64,000 bases of DNA from Candidatus Pacearchaeota archaeon (GCA_023136775.1 JAGLQO010000018.1:20452-84451); one strand, 5' to 3'; shown: positions 32,965-43,791, numbered from the stretch's first letter. Numbers and translations: made by a program. Notes: a model not told the origin generated them from the letters alone.

Positions 32965-35900
32965 TTATTGCTGTGTCCACTCGGAATTTTGAGTAACTGA
33001 AATTTCATAACCTTCTTCCATTATTATATCTGCTCCGCCAAGATAATCTAAAGGTATCCAAGAGAATGGATTGGGGATTAATCCTTCGGAATTTTGCTCT
33101 TCGGAATTCCAACGAGTAATCGCATCTTCGTTTAAGATGCCCCCATTATCATCATCGGCTAATTCAATAGTTGTTGAAAATGTGGTTATGGCTGTCATGC
33201 TAATCCAATTTTTATTAAATCTCGCTCCAATTTCATGGACAAGATTTATTGTAACAGGGGTACTAACTATTCCAACTCCTGACCAATTAATATTTGCTGT
33301 TTCGCTTAAGTTTAGGAGGACTTCGTAACCTTCTCCAACTTTCAAATCGAAATTACAGGCTGTATTTGTACATGCAAAACTTTCTGGACAGCTAAAATTA
33401 TTACAACTAACTTGCTTTTGTGAAGTTGCGTTCAAACGACTAATGGAAGTAATGCCTGTCATCTCATTTAGCGTTTCGTTAGCATTTTTAATATAACTAA
33501 AATTTGTTGGGAATCCTATCCAATTTCTATTCGTAATGCTTCCTGCTGGAGTAACATTATTGTGTTTTAATTCATACACATGAACTCCAAAAGTTTTAGT
33601 GCTTAAATTGGTTAAAGTTGGATTCCATGCCTCAACCTTGTAAAATCTTCTTTTGTTTCCTGAAAATGTATTGTCTGTATAATTTGTATTGGCAGTTTCT
33701 GCTAAAAATTCAAAGCTGCTCGCGTTTGATGAATAATAAATATTATATTTAGATGTGTCATTTGTTTCGTTCCAACTAAAGAAAATATCGCCTGTCCCGT
33801 CATTTGTGGTTTGAGTTATGTTTGTAAAGATGGGTTCTGTTGGCGACAGATAAGAACTAAAACTTCTATTTGTCGTCATAAAACCATTTCCATAAATATC
33901 AAAACATTCAACTGACCAATTATAAAATCCACTTGTTCCTATGTCTACAGAAGAAAAACTGGTTGGATTTTCTGTATCAATATTATATAATGTTTGGTTT
34001 TTGTGCCAGCCTCCGTTCCATGTTCCAAAGAGAGAGCAGTTGCTCATGTTGCTTTCATCAGTTATTGTATAGCTAAATGGTCCTACTGTATGCGCTGTAT
34101 AATTATTTGTATCCAAGGGTGTAGTTAAATTTACAATTGGATTATTCAAGTCTTTAATTTCGATAGCGAACCAAGAAGTTGTTCCAGCTCCACTTGCAAG
34201 ACCTTTTTGTAAATCGATGGTGTTATTGTCATGTATAGAACTTGTGACATATGCGAAACCAAAATTATTAGGTAATCCGTTATTCTCATTAGAATGAATA
34301 TTAAATGACCTCTTAACATTAATTAAATCATAGTCCAAATCGATAGGCTGAGTATCTGTTGTTAATGAATGAGCATAATCACCTCTTTGTGTGTCAAACA
34401 TATCAGAGCTTACAACGAAATAATTAATGACTATATCTCCTGTGCTGCCCGTTCTAGAAAACTCTAAGTTAGAGGAGTTAGAGAAATTTCCTTTAACCAT
34501 TAGGTCATTAACATTTTCACCTCCGTATAACGAATGAGAAAAAATCAAAAATGAATTATTCAAATCTACTGCGTTAATTCCTTCACTAACGCTGCTGGAT
34601 GAATCACTAATATTAACACTTCCATTTTGAACATTGACTCCTTCCCAGCTCACGATTTGATAACTTAAAACTCCTGAAGCACTTCCACTTTCACGAATGA
34701 ATTCTATACTTGAGTTACTAGAAAACCTTCCAGTAAAAAATCCTTCGACATTTTTAGATGAATCACTGGAATTTAATTTAGTATTAACTATGATAAAACT
34801 GCTGCTTAAATTAACAGCTCCAATATTTGTACTTAAGTTTGTCTCGGTAGTAAAAGCAATGTCGCTTCTTTGAGTTTTGATTTTTGGACCACTAATTAAA
34901 GACCATTCAACCATTGCACCGCTAACGCTGTTATAATTTTCGAATCTTATATTCTCGCTTGTAGTAAAATCGCTAATGACTTGTAAAGTATCTGGTCTGT
35001 GATTCCCTGCCCTAGTTGAGTGCAAAATGAAGGACTTACTCATGTCTGTGATTCCAATTTCAACACCGTTTCCTCCATTCGTAAAGATGTCCCCGTGTAA
35101 AACTTTGTAGGTTGGAGTTTGGATGGAGCTTGAATTAACGGAGAATGTAACACTGCTACTATTCATATATCCAAGAGTATCGTTAACATACAAATCAAAA
35201 GTATGAGTCGTCTCGTCGACAAAATTAAAAACTTTTGCTCCACATCCTGGCAAGGTCACATTTGTAGCTCCGTCTAAACTATACCAGCAAGTGTCTAGAT
35301 GAACATCTTTTGCTATGTATTCTAATCTAATTCCATCATTATATGGATAAGTTACATTCTCTGGAGAAGTCAAAACCAAACTTGGATTTGTTGTATCAAT
35401 TAAAGTTATATTTCTTGTGGATGTTGTTCCAAAATTATTTGCCCAATCCCAAACTATTATGTCATAGAAGTATGTTTTGTTTTCTCCAGATGCTGTGAAA
35501 TTGATATTATATGTTCTAGAAAAATAAGTTGTCTCGTTAATTAATTGGCTATTGTTATTATATAATCTGTAGCTCATGTTTCTGAAGTTTGTTTCTATTA
35601 TGTCGGCAGAAGAATCAACATAGATCCAATCTCTTTCAAATTCTGCCCCATCGTCTTCGGTTGAATCTCCAAATCCAAGGGATGGCTTTGTTATATCTAG
35701 TGTTATTTTTCTTGTTGGCAAATTTGTACATTGCTTTGCTTTGTCACAGGTAGTTACATTGTAGAAATATTCTTCTTCGTTTAAATCTGTCCAATTAATT
35801 TGTCTTGTAGAGTTTGTAAAAAATGTGGAGTCAACTAATCCTGCGTTGTTGTACAATTTAAAAGTGATGTTTTGGAAATTGGTTTCTGTGACCGTTGTAT

Positions 35901-38900
35901 TTACGAAAATCCAATCTTGACTTTTATTTGCAAAATTAATTTCAGTTGGATATACGTAATTTACGACAGGGAAAATATTATCTAAAGTTATGTTTCTTGT
36001 TTCACTTGAGTTGACGTTTCCTGCCTTGTCGTAGACTGTGACATTGTATTCGTAAAATCCATTTTCTGGTAAATTTGTCCAGTTAATGTCGAACTTGTTG
36101 TCTGTACTGTCAAAAGTATTTGACTTGCTTTCTGGACCAAATAAGTAAAGGGTAATATTATCAAAATTCTCATCTGTAACTGAAGTATTCAAATAAATAT
36201 AATCTTGGGAAATATAAGTATCTGTTTGTTTTGTGGCTGGGATAAAATCAACTAGGGGCAGGGTTGTATCGATAATTAATGAATGATTTGTTGCGTTGTA
36301 TAGATTTCCGACTGTATCTTCTACTTGGTAAAACCATTGATAAATTCCGTCAGTTAAAAATTCGTACACAACTCCGAAGGTTGCAGTTAAAACTCCTCCT
36401 AAATCTACAACTTGACTATAAACAAATCCTGTTTGATTAAAGATATACAGGATTGCTTCCTTTAATCCGTTTTCATCACTAAATGTTCCAGTTAAATTTT
36501 GTGTTGCGTTATTGACATGGCTATTGTGGTTTGGGCTAATTAAATTTCCTGTTGGTGCTTTTGTGTCTAACATAATTTTTCTGGTTCCACTTGAGTTGTG
36601 ACGATTTGCGGAATCGAATACTGTTATATTATAATAATAAATTCCGTCGTCTAGGCTTGAGAATGTGTGGTCAAAAGTTGAATCGTTATAAAATTGACTG
36701 GATATGAAATCTGTGTCATTGTAAAGATAAAATGTTATATTCTTATAATTGGTTTCCGTGATTGATGAATTTACGTAAATAAAATTTTGACTTACGTTTG
36801 AATTATTAGGAAGAGTGTTTTCTCCGAAATCTACTATTGGATTTGTTACGTCGAAAGTGATTGAGTAATTTGCGACTGCCCAAGTCTCATAAGATTTCGT
36901 GTCATTACATTTTACATTCCATTTATGGGTCCCTTCTTCGGAAAGGTTGAGTGTGAAATTACCTGAGGGTTTATTATAATCCTCTTCATAGTTTACTTTA
37001 ATTTCATCCATCCAATAATTTTCGTTGTTCTCTGGATCTGCAAAAAACCTTATTGAAAAACCTGGGTGTTGATATTGAACACCTATTGATGAAACAGTAT
37101 ATGTATTCCACACATCGTCTGATGTCCCTAATGTTCCAGCGTCTATGTTTCCCATATTATCCCAGTTCCCCAGACTATTATTGAAATATAATATTATGTC
37201 CCCAGCATCACAATCATCGTCCCTGTATCTGAAAGTTACATTTATCAAAGTTGCAGATGAAGCATATGTATCATTTTTTGAATTCATATCACAGTTTGAT
37301 ATCTCTGTACATTTTGCGCTGTATGTCCCTATGGCTTGATCGGAATCTATCGCCCAGTTGACGTTTGTCCAATTATCAAAAGTAGAACTCTCAAAGTCCT
37401 CTGTCTTGCTAGAATCCTCTGTAAAAATCCAATCATAATCTGTTTGATTTAAGTGCCAACCTCCGTTCCATGTTCCAAAAAGAGAACAGGATTCAGTTAA
37501 ATCTGGATCTTCTGCAGTATAGTTGAAAAATACTTCTGTTGCTTGGGAATAAAAAACATTATCTTCTGGGTTCAATAATAAAATTGTTGGACCCGTCACA
37601 GAGATTAAGAATGTTATATTTTTATAACCTAAATTTCCTAGTGTGTCGTTTGCGAAGTAATGTAATGTATGTCCTCCATCGGAAGCATTAAATGTTGATG
37701 AGCCAAAACAGTCTACCGTTGTGTTGTCTCCATTATCAAGATTGTACCAACAGGTGTTAGGTTCAGTTATTATATCTGATATTATATATGTCAATGGTAT
37801 ACTTTCGTTGTAATTATATGAAGTTGCTTCTGGGGAAGTAATTTGAATTGAGGGTCCTATATAATCTATTCCTATTTTTCTTGTTTCTGTGATATTTACA
37901 TTTGAAGCTTTATCTGAAGTTGTTATATTGTACCAATAAACTTTTGACTGAAGATTCGTCCAGTTGATTTGTCTAGTTGTGTCTGTAAATGTTGTTTGGT
38001 TGATTAGCGAAATTTCGTCATACAGAGAGAATGTTATATTTTGAAAATTTGTATCTAATATGGTTGTATTTACATATATCCAATTTTGTGTGGTATTGAA
38101 ATTATCTATTTTTGTTGGGGATGTGAAATCTATCGCTGGAAAGATTGAATCTAATGTTGCATATCTTGATTGAGTTGTGTCTGAGTTTCCTGCCTTGTCG
38201 TATGTAGTTATATTATACCAATAAGTTGCGTCTATTAATTCCGTAAAGTTAATTTCTCTAGTCGTGTCTGTAAATGTTGTTTGGTTGATTAGCCCTGAAG
38301 AATTATGCAATGTAAATGTTATATTTTGAAAGTTGTCTTCTAACAATGTTGCTTTAATAAAAATCCAATTTTGATTCACATAACTATTATTATCTAAGGT
38401 TTCACTTCCATAGCTAACTTGTGGTGGAGTGTCATCTATTATTATTGAACGGGTTGCTGTAGATGTGGAAAAACCGACTTTGTCTATTACTGTGACGTTG
38501 TAATAATATATTCCTTCATCGTATAAATTAGTCCATGTAATTAATCTACCCTGCTCTGTATTTGTGTTTTCTCTAATTTTTGAACCTGTCGAATTATATA
38601 GGAAAAATGTTATATTTTCCTCATTTGCTTCAGTTACTGATACTTCTAACGATATGCTGTCTCCTGACACAAAGGCTCCATTGGGTTTTGTTATTCCAGA
38701 AAAATCGACCACTGGAGCCAAATTATCTAGTGTCATATTTTGTGTTTGAGTCGTGTTTGAATTTCCTGCTTTGTCGTAAGCCGTGACATTATAAAAATAT
38801 ATTTCGTCTGGAAGATTCGTCCAGTTGATTTGTCTAGTTATGTCGGTGAATGTGTTACTATATATGTGTTCATCGGAATCGTATAAATCAAAAGTTATGT

Positions 38901-41900
38901 TTTCCCAATATTCGTCTGACGATGTTGAATTTATGAAAATATTCTTTTGCTTTAGAATTAATCCTGACTCTTGCATTCCATCTCCATATGCAATTAATGG
39001 GTGGGTTGTATCTATTGTTAAAGTATTTGATGTTGTATTAATTTTGTTTCCGACTATGTCTTCTATTGAATAGAACCATTGATAGATTCCTTCTTGAATA
39101 AAATTATAAACTACTCCTATTGTCGCTGTCAATGCTCCGCCTAGTTCTACGACTTCTGAGTATATTGTGTGACCTGTTGCGTTTAAAATATAAAGTGTTG
39201 CGTTCAATAATCCAGTTGCATCTGTAAAATTTACCGTTAAATTTTTAGATGTGCTACTTGAATAACTATTGTTTGTAGGTGTTAGTAATTCTCCCGTTGG
39301 TGCAATTAAATCCAAATTGATTATTCTTGTCTCTGAATATCCTGCATTGGATGCTTTGTCATAGGCTGTTATGTTATAACTATAAAATCCACTTTCTAGA
39401 CCTGTCCAGTTAATTTGTCTAGTTGTGTCGGTGAATGTATTTTCATTTACTAATGTTGTCGAATTATACAAACTGAATGTTATATTTTGAAAATTGGTTT
39501 CTATTAAATTTGCGTCGAGGTAAATCCAATTTCTTCCTACATTCGTATCGTTGACTTCAGTTCCTGAACCAAAAAATACTTGCGGGTCCGTAACATCTAT
39601 TGTGAATGTATAATTTTCTAATGCGAACGAACTGTAGCCTACTGTATCATTACATTCTATGTTCCAAAAATATGTTCCCTCATCTGACATTTGAGCCGAA
39701 AAGACTGAAGAGTTTTCTTCTTCTTGGAGTACCACATAAGAATCATTTTTATGCCAACCTCCGCTCCATGTTCCGTATAATGAACATGTGTCTACTGTAT
39801 CTGGATCTGAAGCTGTAAAATTAAAATTAACTAAAATTGCTATCCCATAGAATGTATTGTTTTCTGGTACTTCTAACTCTATTGCCGGACCCGTTACTGA
39901 CACTGAAAACGAAACTGAATCCGTGCCTAAATTCCCAAAGGTGTCGTTTGCGAAAAAATAAATTGTATGTGAATCTACTGTTGTATTAAATGTTGTTGCG
40001 GAGTTACAAGTGATTGATTGATTCTCGCCACCGTCGATATTCCACCAACATGAATCAACATCGGAAACAGTGTCGGAAACTGTATGGTTAAGTGGCAGGC
40101 TTTCATCATATCCATATGTTTTTGTAATTGGTTTTATTATTGTTACAATTGGACCTTCGCTATCTAACCCTATTCGGCGAGTTTCGGTTGAATTTTGATT
40201 CTGGGAGTAATCTGCAACTGTTACGTTGTATTCGTAGTTTCCGTCGGGGAGTGAGGTGAAGTTGATTTGTCTGGTTGTGTCGGTGAATGTTGTTTGGTTG
40301 ATTAGCCCTGAAGAATCATATATAGAAAATTTTATTTCTTTAAAATTATCTTCTATAACTGAAACATTTATGAACGTCCAATCTCTGCCTACATTTGTGT
40401 CATTGTTTTCAGTTGAGGGAATAAATGTTACAATTGGTAATGTTGTATCTAGGGCTATTGACCTTGTTGGAGTTGTTGAATTTTGAGAAGCTTTGTCAAA
40501 AATTGTTACATTGTATTCGTAGTTTCCGTCGGGGAGTGAAGTGAAGTTGATTTGTCTGGTTATGTCGGTGAATGTTGTTTGGTTGATTAGCCCTGAAGAG
40601 TTGTAGAGGTGGAAAGTTATGTTTTTGAAGTTTTCTTCTGTTATTGATGTATTTATGAAGATGAAGGTTTGGGATTTGTTTGCGTTATCAATTTCTGTTA
40701 AGGGGATGAAATTTACTGCTGGTGGAGTATTATCTATGATTATTTTTCGGGTTGATGTTGAATTTAAAAGTGATACCTTATCTGCCATTGTTACATTATA
40801 AGAATAGACTGCGTTTGGGGCTAAGTTGTCCCATGTTAGTGTTCTACGTCCATCTGTAAAAGTGCTTAATGGTTTTGCCAATACTCCATCTTCATCGTAT
40901 AACGCAAAGGTTATATTTTTCTCATTAAGTTCTATTGCTGTCACCTCTGCTGTTATTTCTGTTCCCGTTATTACAGAATTGTTTGGCAATGTTTCACCTG
41001 AGAAATAAAGAGTCGGGGCGGTTGTATCGAGGGTTATTAATCTTGTTTCTGAATATCCTTTATTGTTGGCCAAGTCATAAGAACTTACGTTGTATTCGTA
41101 GTTTCCGTCGGGGAGTGAGGTGAAGTTGATTTGTCTGGTTGTGTCGGTGAATGTTGTTTGGTTGATTAGCCCTGAAGAGTTGTAGAGGTGGAAAGTTATG
41201 TTTTTGAAGTTTTCTTCTGTTATTGATGTATTTATTAAAATCCAATCTCGCAAAAATATTTCCTCGCTTGCTTCTGTTGGAGAAATGAATGTTATTTCTG
41301 GGGCTGTTGTGTCTATTTCTATTATGTTTGAAGTTGTGTTATACTCATTGTCTACGGAATCTCTAGCGCGATAAGCCCAGGTAAATACTCCATCGTAAGG
41401 AAATTCGTAAACCGTTCCAACTATCGCGGAAGTTAATCCTGTTAATGTAGTTAGATTTGAATAAATAATATGTCCTGTCGAATTATAAACAAAAAGTGTC
41501 GCATCTTTTAATTCGATAACATCTTCAACGGTCGCTGTTAGATTTTGAGTATTGTTATTAGAGTAGCTGTCCGATAATGGTAAAAGGTTATTTCCTGTTG
41601 GGGCGGATGTATCTAGGGCTATTAATCTTGTTTGAGTTGAATTTGAATTGTTTGCTATATCGAATATAGTGACGTTATAATAATAAGTTTCGTCTGGAAG
41701 ATTTGTCCAATTAATATTTATTGTCTGTGATAAGAATGTTGTTTGGTTGACTAAATCTGTTGAATTGTAGAGGTGAAAAGTTATGTTCTTGAAGTTTGTT
41801 TCGGTTAGAGAAACTTCTGCGTAAATCCAATCTCTGGAAAATATTGTGTCGTTATTTTCAGTTGGTGAGGTGAAACTAATTAATGGATAAGTTCTGTCTG

Positions 41901-43791
41901 ACAAAACAGATCTATTTGAATCTCCCCAATCGTTTTGACCTGATGTATCTAAGCATTGAATATTCCAAATGAAATAATTATCCGTTGGTAAATTTAACTC
42001 GAAGGATGTGGTATTTGTCGTCCCTGTTACTGTTTTTGTTTGGTTTAGATGCCAGGTCTCGGTATGATTGGTCCATAATGAACAGTTTATTAATTCTGAT
42101 TCGGCTACTACTGTTGCATTCAATATTAATGGAGATGTGGATGAGTGGATATAATTTGTGACAGGATATTCTAAGGTTACGTTTGGGGGTCCGGGTATTA
42201 ATGGAATAATATTTATATTATCTGTCCAATAATTTTCGTTGTTTCCTAAAACCGAATAAAATCTTACTGAAAAACCTGAGTGCCGATACTGGATATCTGT
42301 TGTTGAGATTGTATAAGTATTCCATATATCGTCTGATGTTCCTAATGTTCCAGCGTCTATGTTTCCCATGTTGTCCCAGTTCCCCAAGCTATTATTAAAA
42401 TACAATATTACATCCCCGGCATCACAATCATCGTCCCTGTATTCAAAAGATACGTTCACCCTCAGGGCAGAGGATACGTCTGCATCGTTGGTATTTATAT
42501 CACAACTCTGCCATTCTGCACATTTTGCACTATATACGTCTCGGGCCTGATCTGAGGCAATTGCCCAATTGGTGTTTGTCCAATTATCAAAAAGTTGAGC
42601 TTCCCAATTTTCATAAAACAAGGAAATATAAGATGGGTCTACAATATAATCAAATTCTAGCGAACCATCGAGTATTTTTAAATCGAATGTATCTTGGAGT
42701 TTTGTAAGTTTCGTCAGATAAACTTTATTTCCCCCTTCTTTTAGATTAGTAAATTCTGCTATTATTTCGCTGCCATTTTGCTCATAAATTTCAATCCTTG
42801 GATTGCCTGAAATAATTCTTGGATAAACTGTTATGTCTTTTGTGTTGTCTAATTTTTTTTCAAAAGTTACTCTTACATACTCTCTATCAAATATAGTTGG
42901 AGACCAGACATCGTCTAATTCTTTAACTTCGTTGTAAATGTTTTCTAAAAATATTTTGTTTGCGTCTAGGTGTTGTGCATCTGTGATTAGAATAATTTCA
43001 AAAGTTTGATTGCTTAGGTGGGGGACTATCCATTCTATTTGGTCTAAGAAGGTATCATTATTTGTATCATAGGCTTGAAAATCTAAATATTTACTTTCTT
43101 CTTTCCAATAAATCTTTAATTGATTTTTATTTTGAGGGATTAGTTTAAAATTTATTTTTGTTGTGACTGTGACATTTTCATAATGCTCTTCAGAATAAAC
43201 TAAGACTTGTTTTCCATGAGAAAGATTAGTTTCTATTTTTTTTGGGGCTTGGGTAACGTATTCTATTTCAATATAGTCTTTTGATTCAGATGTAGAGAAA
43301 GTGCTTAGTAAAATTGGAGATTTTATTTTTTCAGCGTTTTTTGGGATTTGTATTTTATAATTTGAATCATTTGTATAAACTCGTTTTGTCCATTTTACTT
43401 TTTCCCCAACTTTTGCCGGATTTTGAATTAGTTCTATTCTTAGTTGTGTTGTATTTTCTTGGGTAGAATTTTCTTGGGAGATTATTTTTTGGTCTTCTAT
43501 AAAAAATTGAGAAGTCTTCGACTCCTCATTTCTTATAGAAGAATTATCTGTAGTTTGATTATTTGAAGAATTGCCTTGAGACATATCAATTGTTTTATTT
43601 TCTGAATTATTTTCTTGTGAAACTTCTATAGTTTCTTCAGAAATATTTTGTGAGATAGTTTGGTTAATAACTTGTGTTTTATTTGGAACAAATGATATAT
43701 TTGCGGACGAAGAAACTATTGTAATCATCAAAGTATAGACGACAAAAAGTGTAAAAATGTCTCGCAGTCCCACGTCTCCCTTATTATTCAT
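32965..43791 (-). CDS. Giant (3608 aa) repeat-rich adhesin-like surface protein
   Basis: N-terminal hydrophobic helix IFTLFVVYTLMITIVSS. About 14 canonical ~95-aa repeats (NF.NITF.LYNSSGLINQTTFTDTTRQINFTSLPDGNYEYNVT) plus 3 TAPTG variants. Two copies of an FDNWTN..YRDDDCDAGD..LYFNNSLGNWDNMGNIDAGTLGTSDD domain. CSL(Y/F)GTW.GGWH modules and a C-terminal FN3-like domain. No C-terminal TM. Confidence 0.9.
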   Translation of the reverse strand: MNNKGDVGLRDIFTLFVVYTLMITIVSSSANISFVPNKTQVINQTISQNISEETIEVSQENNSENKTIDMSQGNSSNNQTTDNSSIRNEESKTSQFFIEDQKIISQENSTQENTTQLRIELIQNPAKVGEKVKWTKRVYTNDSNYKIQIPKNAEKIKSPILLSTFSTSESKDYIEIEYVTQAPKKIETNLSHGKQVLVYSEEHYENVTVTTKINFKLIPQNKNQLKIYWKEESKYLDFQAYDTNNDTFLDQIEWIVPHLSNQTFEIILITDAQHLDANKIFLENIYNEVKELDDVWSPTIFDREYVRVTFEKKLDNTKDITVYPRIISGNPRIEIYEQNGSEIIAEFTNLKEGGNKVYLTKLTKLQDTFDLKILDGSLEFDYIVDPSYISLFYENWEAQLFDNWTNTNWAIASDQARDVYSAKCAEWQSCDINTNDADVSSALRVNVSFEYRDDDCDAGDVILYFNNSLGNWDNMGNIDAGTLGTSDDIWNTYTISTTDIQYRHSGFSVRFYSVLGNNENYWTDNINIIPLIPGPPNVTLEYPVTNYIHSSTSPLILNATVVAESELINCSLWTNHTETWHLNQTKTVTGTTNTTSFELNLPTDNYFIWNIQCLDTSGQNDWGDSNRSVLSDRTYPLISFTSPTENNDTIFSRDWIYAEVSLTETNFKNITFHLYNSTDLVNQTTFLSQTININWTNLPDETYYYNVTIFDIANNSNSTQTRLIALDTSAPTGNNLLPLSDSYSNNNTQNLTATVEDVIELKDATLFVYNSTGHIIYSNLTTLTGLTSAIVGTVYEFPYDGVFTWAYRARDSVDNEYNTTSNIIEIDTTAPEITFISPTEASEEIFLRDWILINTSITEENFKNITFHLYNSSGLINQTTFTDTTRQINFTSLPDGNYEYNVSSYDLANNKGYSETRLITLDTTAPTLYFSGETLPNNSVITGTEITAEVTAIELNEKNITFALYDEDGVLAKPLSTFTDGRRTLTWDNLAPNAVYSYNVTMADKVSLLNSTSTRKIIIDNTPPAVNFIPLTEIDNANKSQTFIFINTSITEENFKNITFHLYNSSGLINQTTFTDITRQINFTSLPDGNYEYNVTIFDKASQNSTTPTRSIALDTTLPIVTFIPSTENNDTNVGRDWTFINVSVIEDNFKEIKFSIYDSSGLINQTTFTDTTRQINFTSLPDGNYEYNVTVADYSQNQNSTETRRIGLDSEGPIVTIIKPITKTYGYDESLPLNHTVSDTVSDVDSCWWNIDGGENQSITCNSATTFNTTVDSHTIYFFANDTFGNLGTDSVSFSVSVTGPAIELEVPENNTFYGIAILVNFNFTASDPDTVDTCSLYGTWSGGWHKNDSYVVLQEEENSSVFSAQMSDEGTYFWNIECNDTVGYSSFALENYTFTIDVTDPQVFFGSGTEVNDTNVGRNWIYLDANLIETNFQNITFSLYNSTTLVNENTFTDTTRQINWTGLESGFYSYNITAYDKASNAGYSETRIINLDLIAPTGELLTPTNNSYSSSTSKNLTVNFTDATGLLNATLYILNATGHTIYSEVVELGGALTATIGVVYNFIQEGIYQWFYSIEDIVGNKINTTSNTLTIDTTHPLIAYGDGMQESGLILKQKNIFINSTSSDEYWENITFDLYDSDEHIYSNTFTDITRQINWTNLPDEIYFYNVTAYDKAGNSNTTQTQNMTLDNLAPVVDFSGITKPNGAFVSGDSISLEVSVTEANEENITFFLYNSTGSKIRENTNTEQGRLITWTNLYDEGIYYYNVTVIDKVGFSTSTATRSIIIDDTPPQVSYGSETLDNNSYVNQNWIFIKATLLEDNFQNITFTLHNSSGLINQTTFTDTTREINFTELIDATYWYNITTYDKAGNSDTTQSRYATLDSIFPAIDFTSPTKIDNFNTTQNWIYVNTTILDTNFQNITFSLYDEISLINQTTFTDTTRQINWTNLQSKVYWYNITTSDKASNVNITETRKIGIDYIGPSIQITSPEATSYNYNESIPLTYIISDIITEPNTCWYNLDNGDNTTVDCFGSSTFNASDGGHTLHYFANDTLGNLGYKNITFLISVTGPTILLLNPEDNVFYSQATEVFFNYTAEDPDLTESCSLFGTWNGGWHLNQTDYDWIFTEDSSKTEDFESSTFDNWTNVNWAIDSDQAIGTYSAKCTEISNCDMNSKNDTYASSATLINVTFRYRDDDCDAGDIILYFNNSLGNWDNMGNIDAGTLGTSDDVWNTYTVSSIGVQYQHPGFSIRFFADPENNENYWMDEIKVNYEEDYNKPSGNFTLNLSEEGTHKWNVKCNDTKSYETWAVANYSITFDVTNPIVDFGENTLPNNSNVSQNFIYVNSSITETNYKNITFYLYNDTDFISSQFYNDSTFDHTFSSLDDGIYYYNITVFDSANRHNSSGTRKIMLDTKAPTGNLISPNHNSHVNNATQNLTGTFSDENGLKEAILYIFNQTGFVYSQVVDLGGVLTATFGVVYEFLTDGIYQWFYQVEDTVGNLYNATNHSLIIDTTLPLVDFIPATKQTDTYISQDYIYLNTSVTDENFDNITLYLFGPESKSNTFDSTDNKFDINWTNLPENGFYEYNVTVYDKAGNVNSSETRNITLDNIFPVVNYVYPTEINFANKSQDWIFVNTTVTETNFQNITFKLYNNAGLVDSTFFTNSTRQINWTDLNEEEYFYNVTTCDKAKQCTNLPTRKITLDITKPSLGFGDSTEDDGAEFERDWIYVDSSADIIETNFRNMSYRLYNNNSQLINETTYFSRTYNINFTASGENKTYFYDIIVWDWANNFGTTSTRNITLIDTTNPSLVLTSPENVTYPYNDGIRLEYIAKDVHLDTCWYSLDGATNVTLPGCGAKVFNFVDETTHTFDLYVNDTLGYMNSSSVTFSVNSSSIQTPTYKVLHGDIFTNGGNGVEIGITDMSKSFILHSTRAGNHRPDTLQVISDFTTSENIRFENYNSVSGAMVEWSLISGPKIKTQRSDIAFTTETNLSTNIGAVNLSSSFIIVNTKLNSSDSSKNVEGFFTGRFSSNSSIEFIRESGSASGVLSYQIVSWEGVNVQNGSVNISDSSSSVSEGINAVDLNNSFLIFSHSLYGGENVNDLMVKGNFSNSSNLEFSRTGSTGDIVINYFVVSSDMFDTQRGDYAHSLTTDTQPIDLDYDLINVKRSFNIHSNENNGLPNNFGFAYVTSSIHDNNTIDLQKGLASGAGTTSWFAIEIKDLNNPIVNLTTPLDTNNYTAHTVGPFSYTITDESNMSNCSLFGTWNGGWHKNQTLYNIDTENPTSFSSVDIGTSGFYNWSVECFDIYGNGFMTTNRSFSSYLSPTEPIFTNITQTTNDGTGDIFFSWNETNDTSKYNIYYSSNASSFEFLAETANTNYTDNTFSGNKRRFYKVEAWNPTLTNLSTKTFGVHVYELKHNNVTPAGSITNRNWIGFPTNFSYIKNANETLNEMTGITSISRLNATSQKQVSCNNFSCPESFACTNTACNFDLKVGEGYEVLLNLSETANINWSGVGIVSTPVTINLVHEIGARFNKNWISMTAITTFSTTIELADDDNGGILNEDAITRWNSEEQNSEGLIPNPFSWIPLDYLGGADIIMEEGYEISVTQNSEWTQQ
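40511..40656 (-). repeat. Intragenic near-identical DNA repeat (copy Y)
   Basis: 146 bp, identical at 144 positions to 41090-41235. An 89-bp stretch at 40226-40314 is identical to the start of the 41090 copy. Confidence 0.95.
41090..41235 (-). repeat. Intragenic near-identical DNA repeat (copy Z)
   Basis: See 40511-40656. Encodes part of the NFKNITFHLYNSSGLINQTTFTD.TRQINFTSLPDGNYEYN unit. Confidence 0.95.

Noticed and set aside
33071-42707. Plus-strand and out-of-frame ORFs inside 32965..43791
   Set aside because: They are antisense or alternative-frame shadows of the 3608-aa gene. Several recur only because the underlying DNA repeats recur (for example 37145..37339 and 42359..42550).
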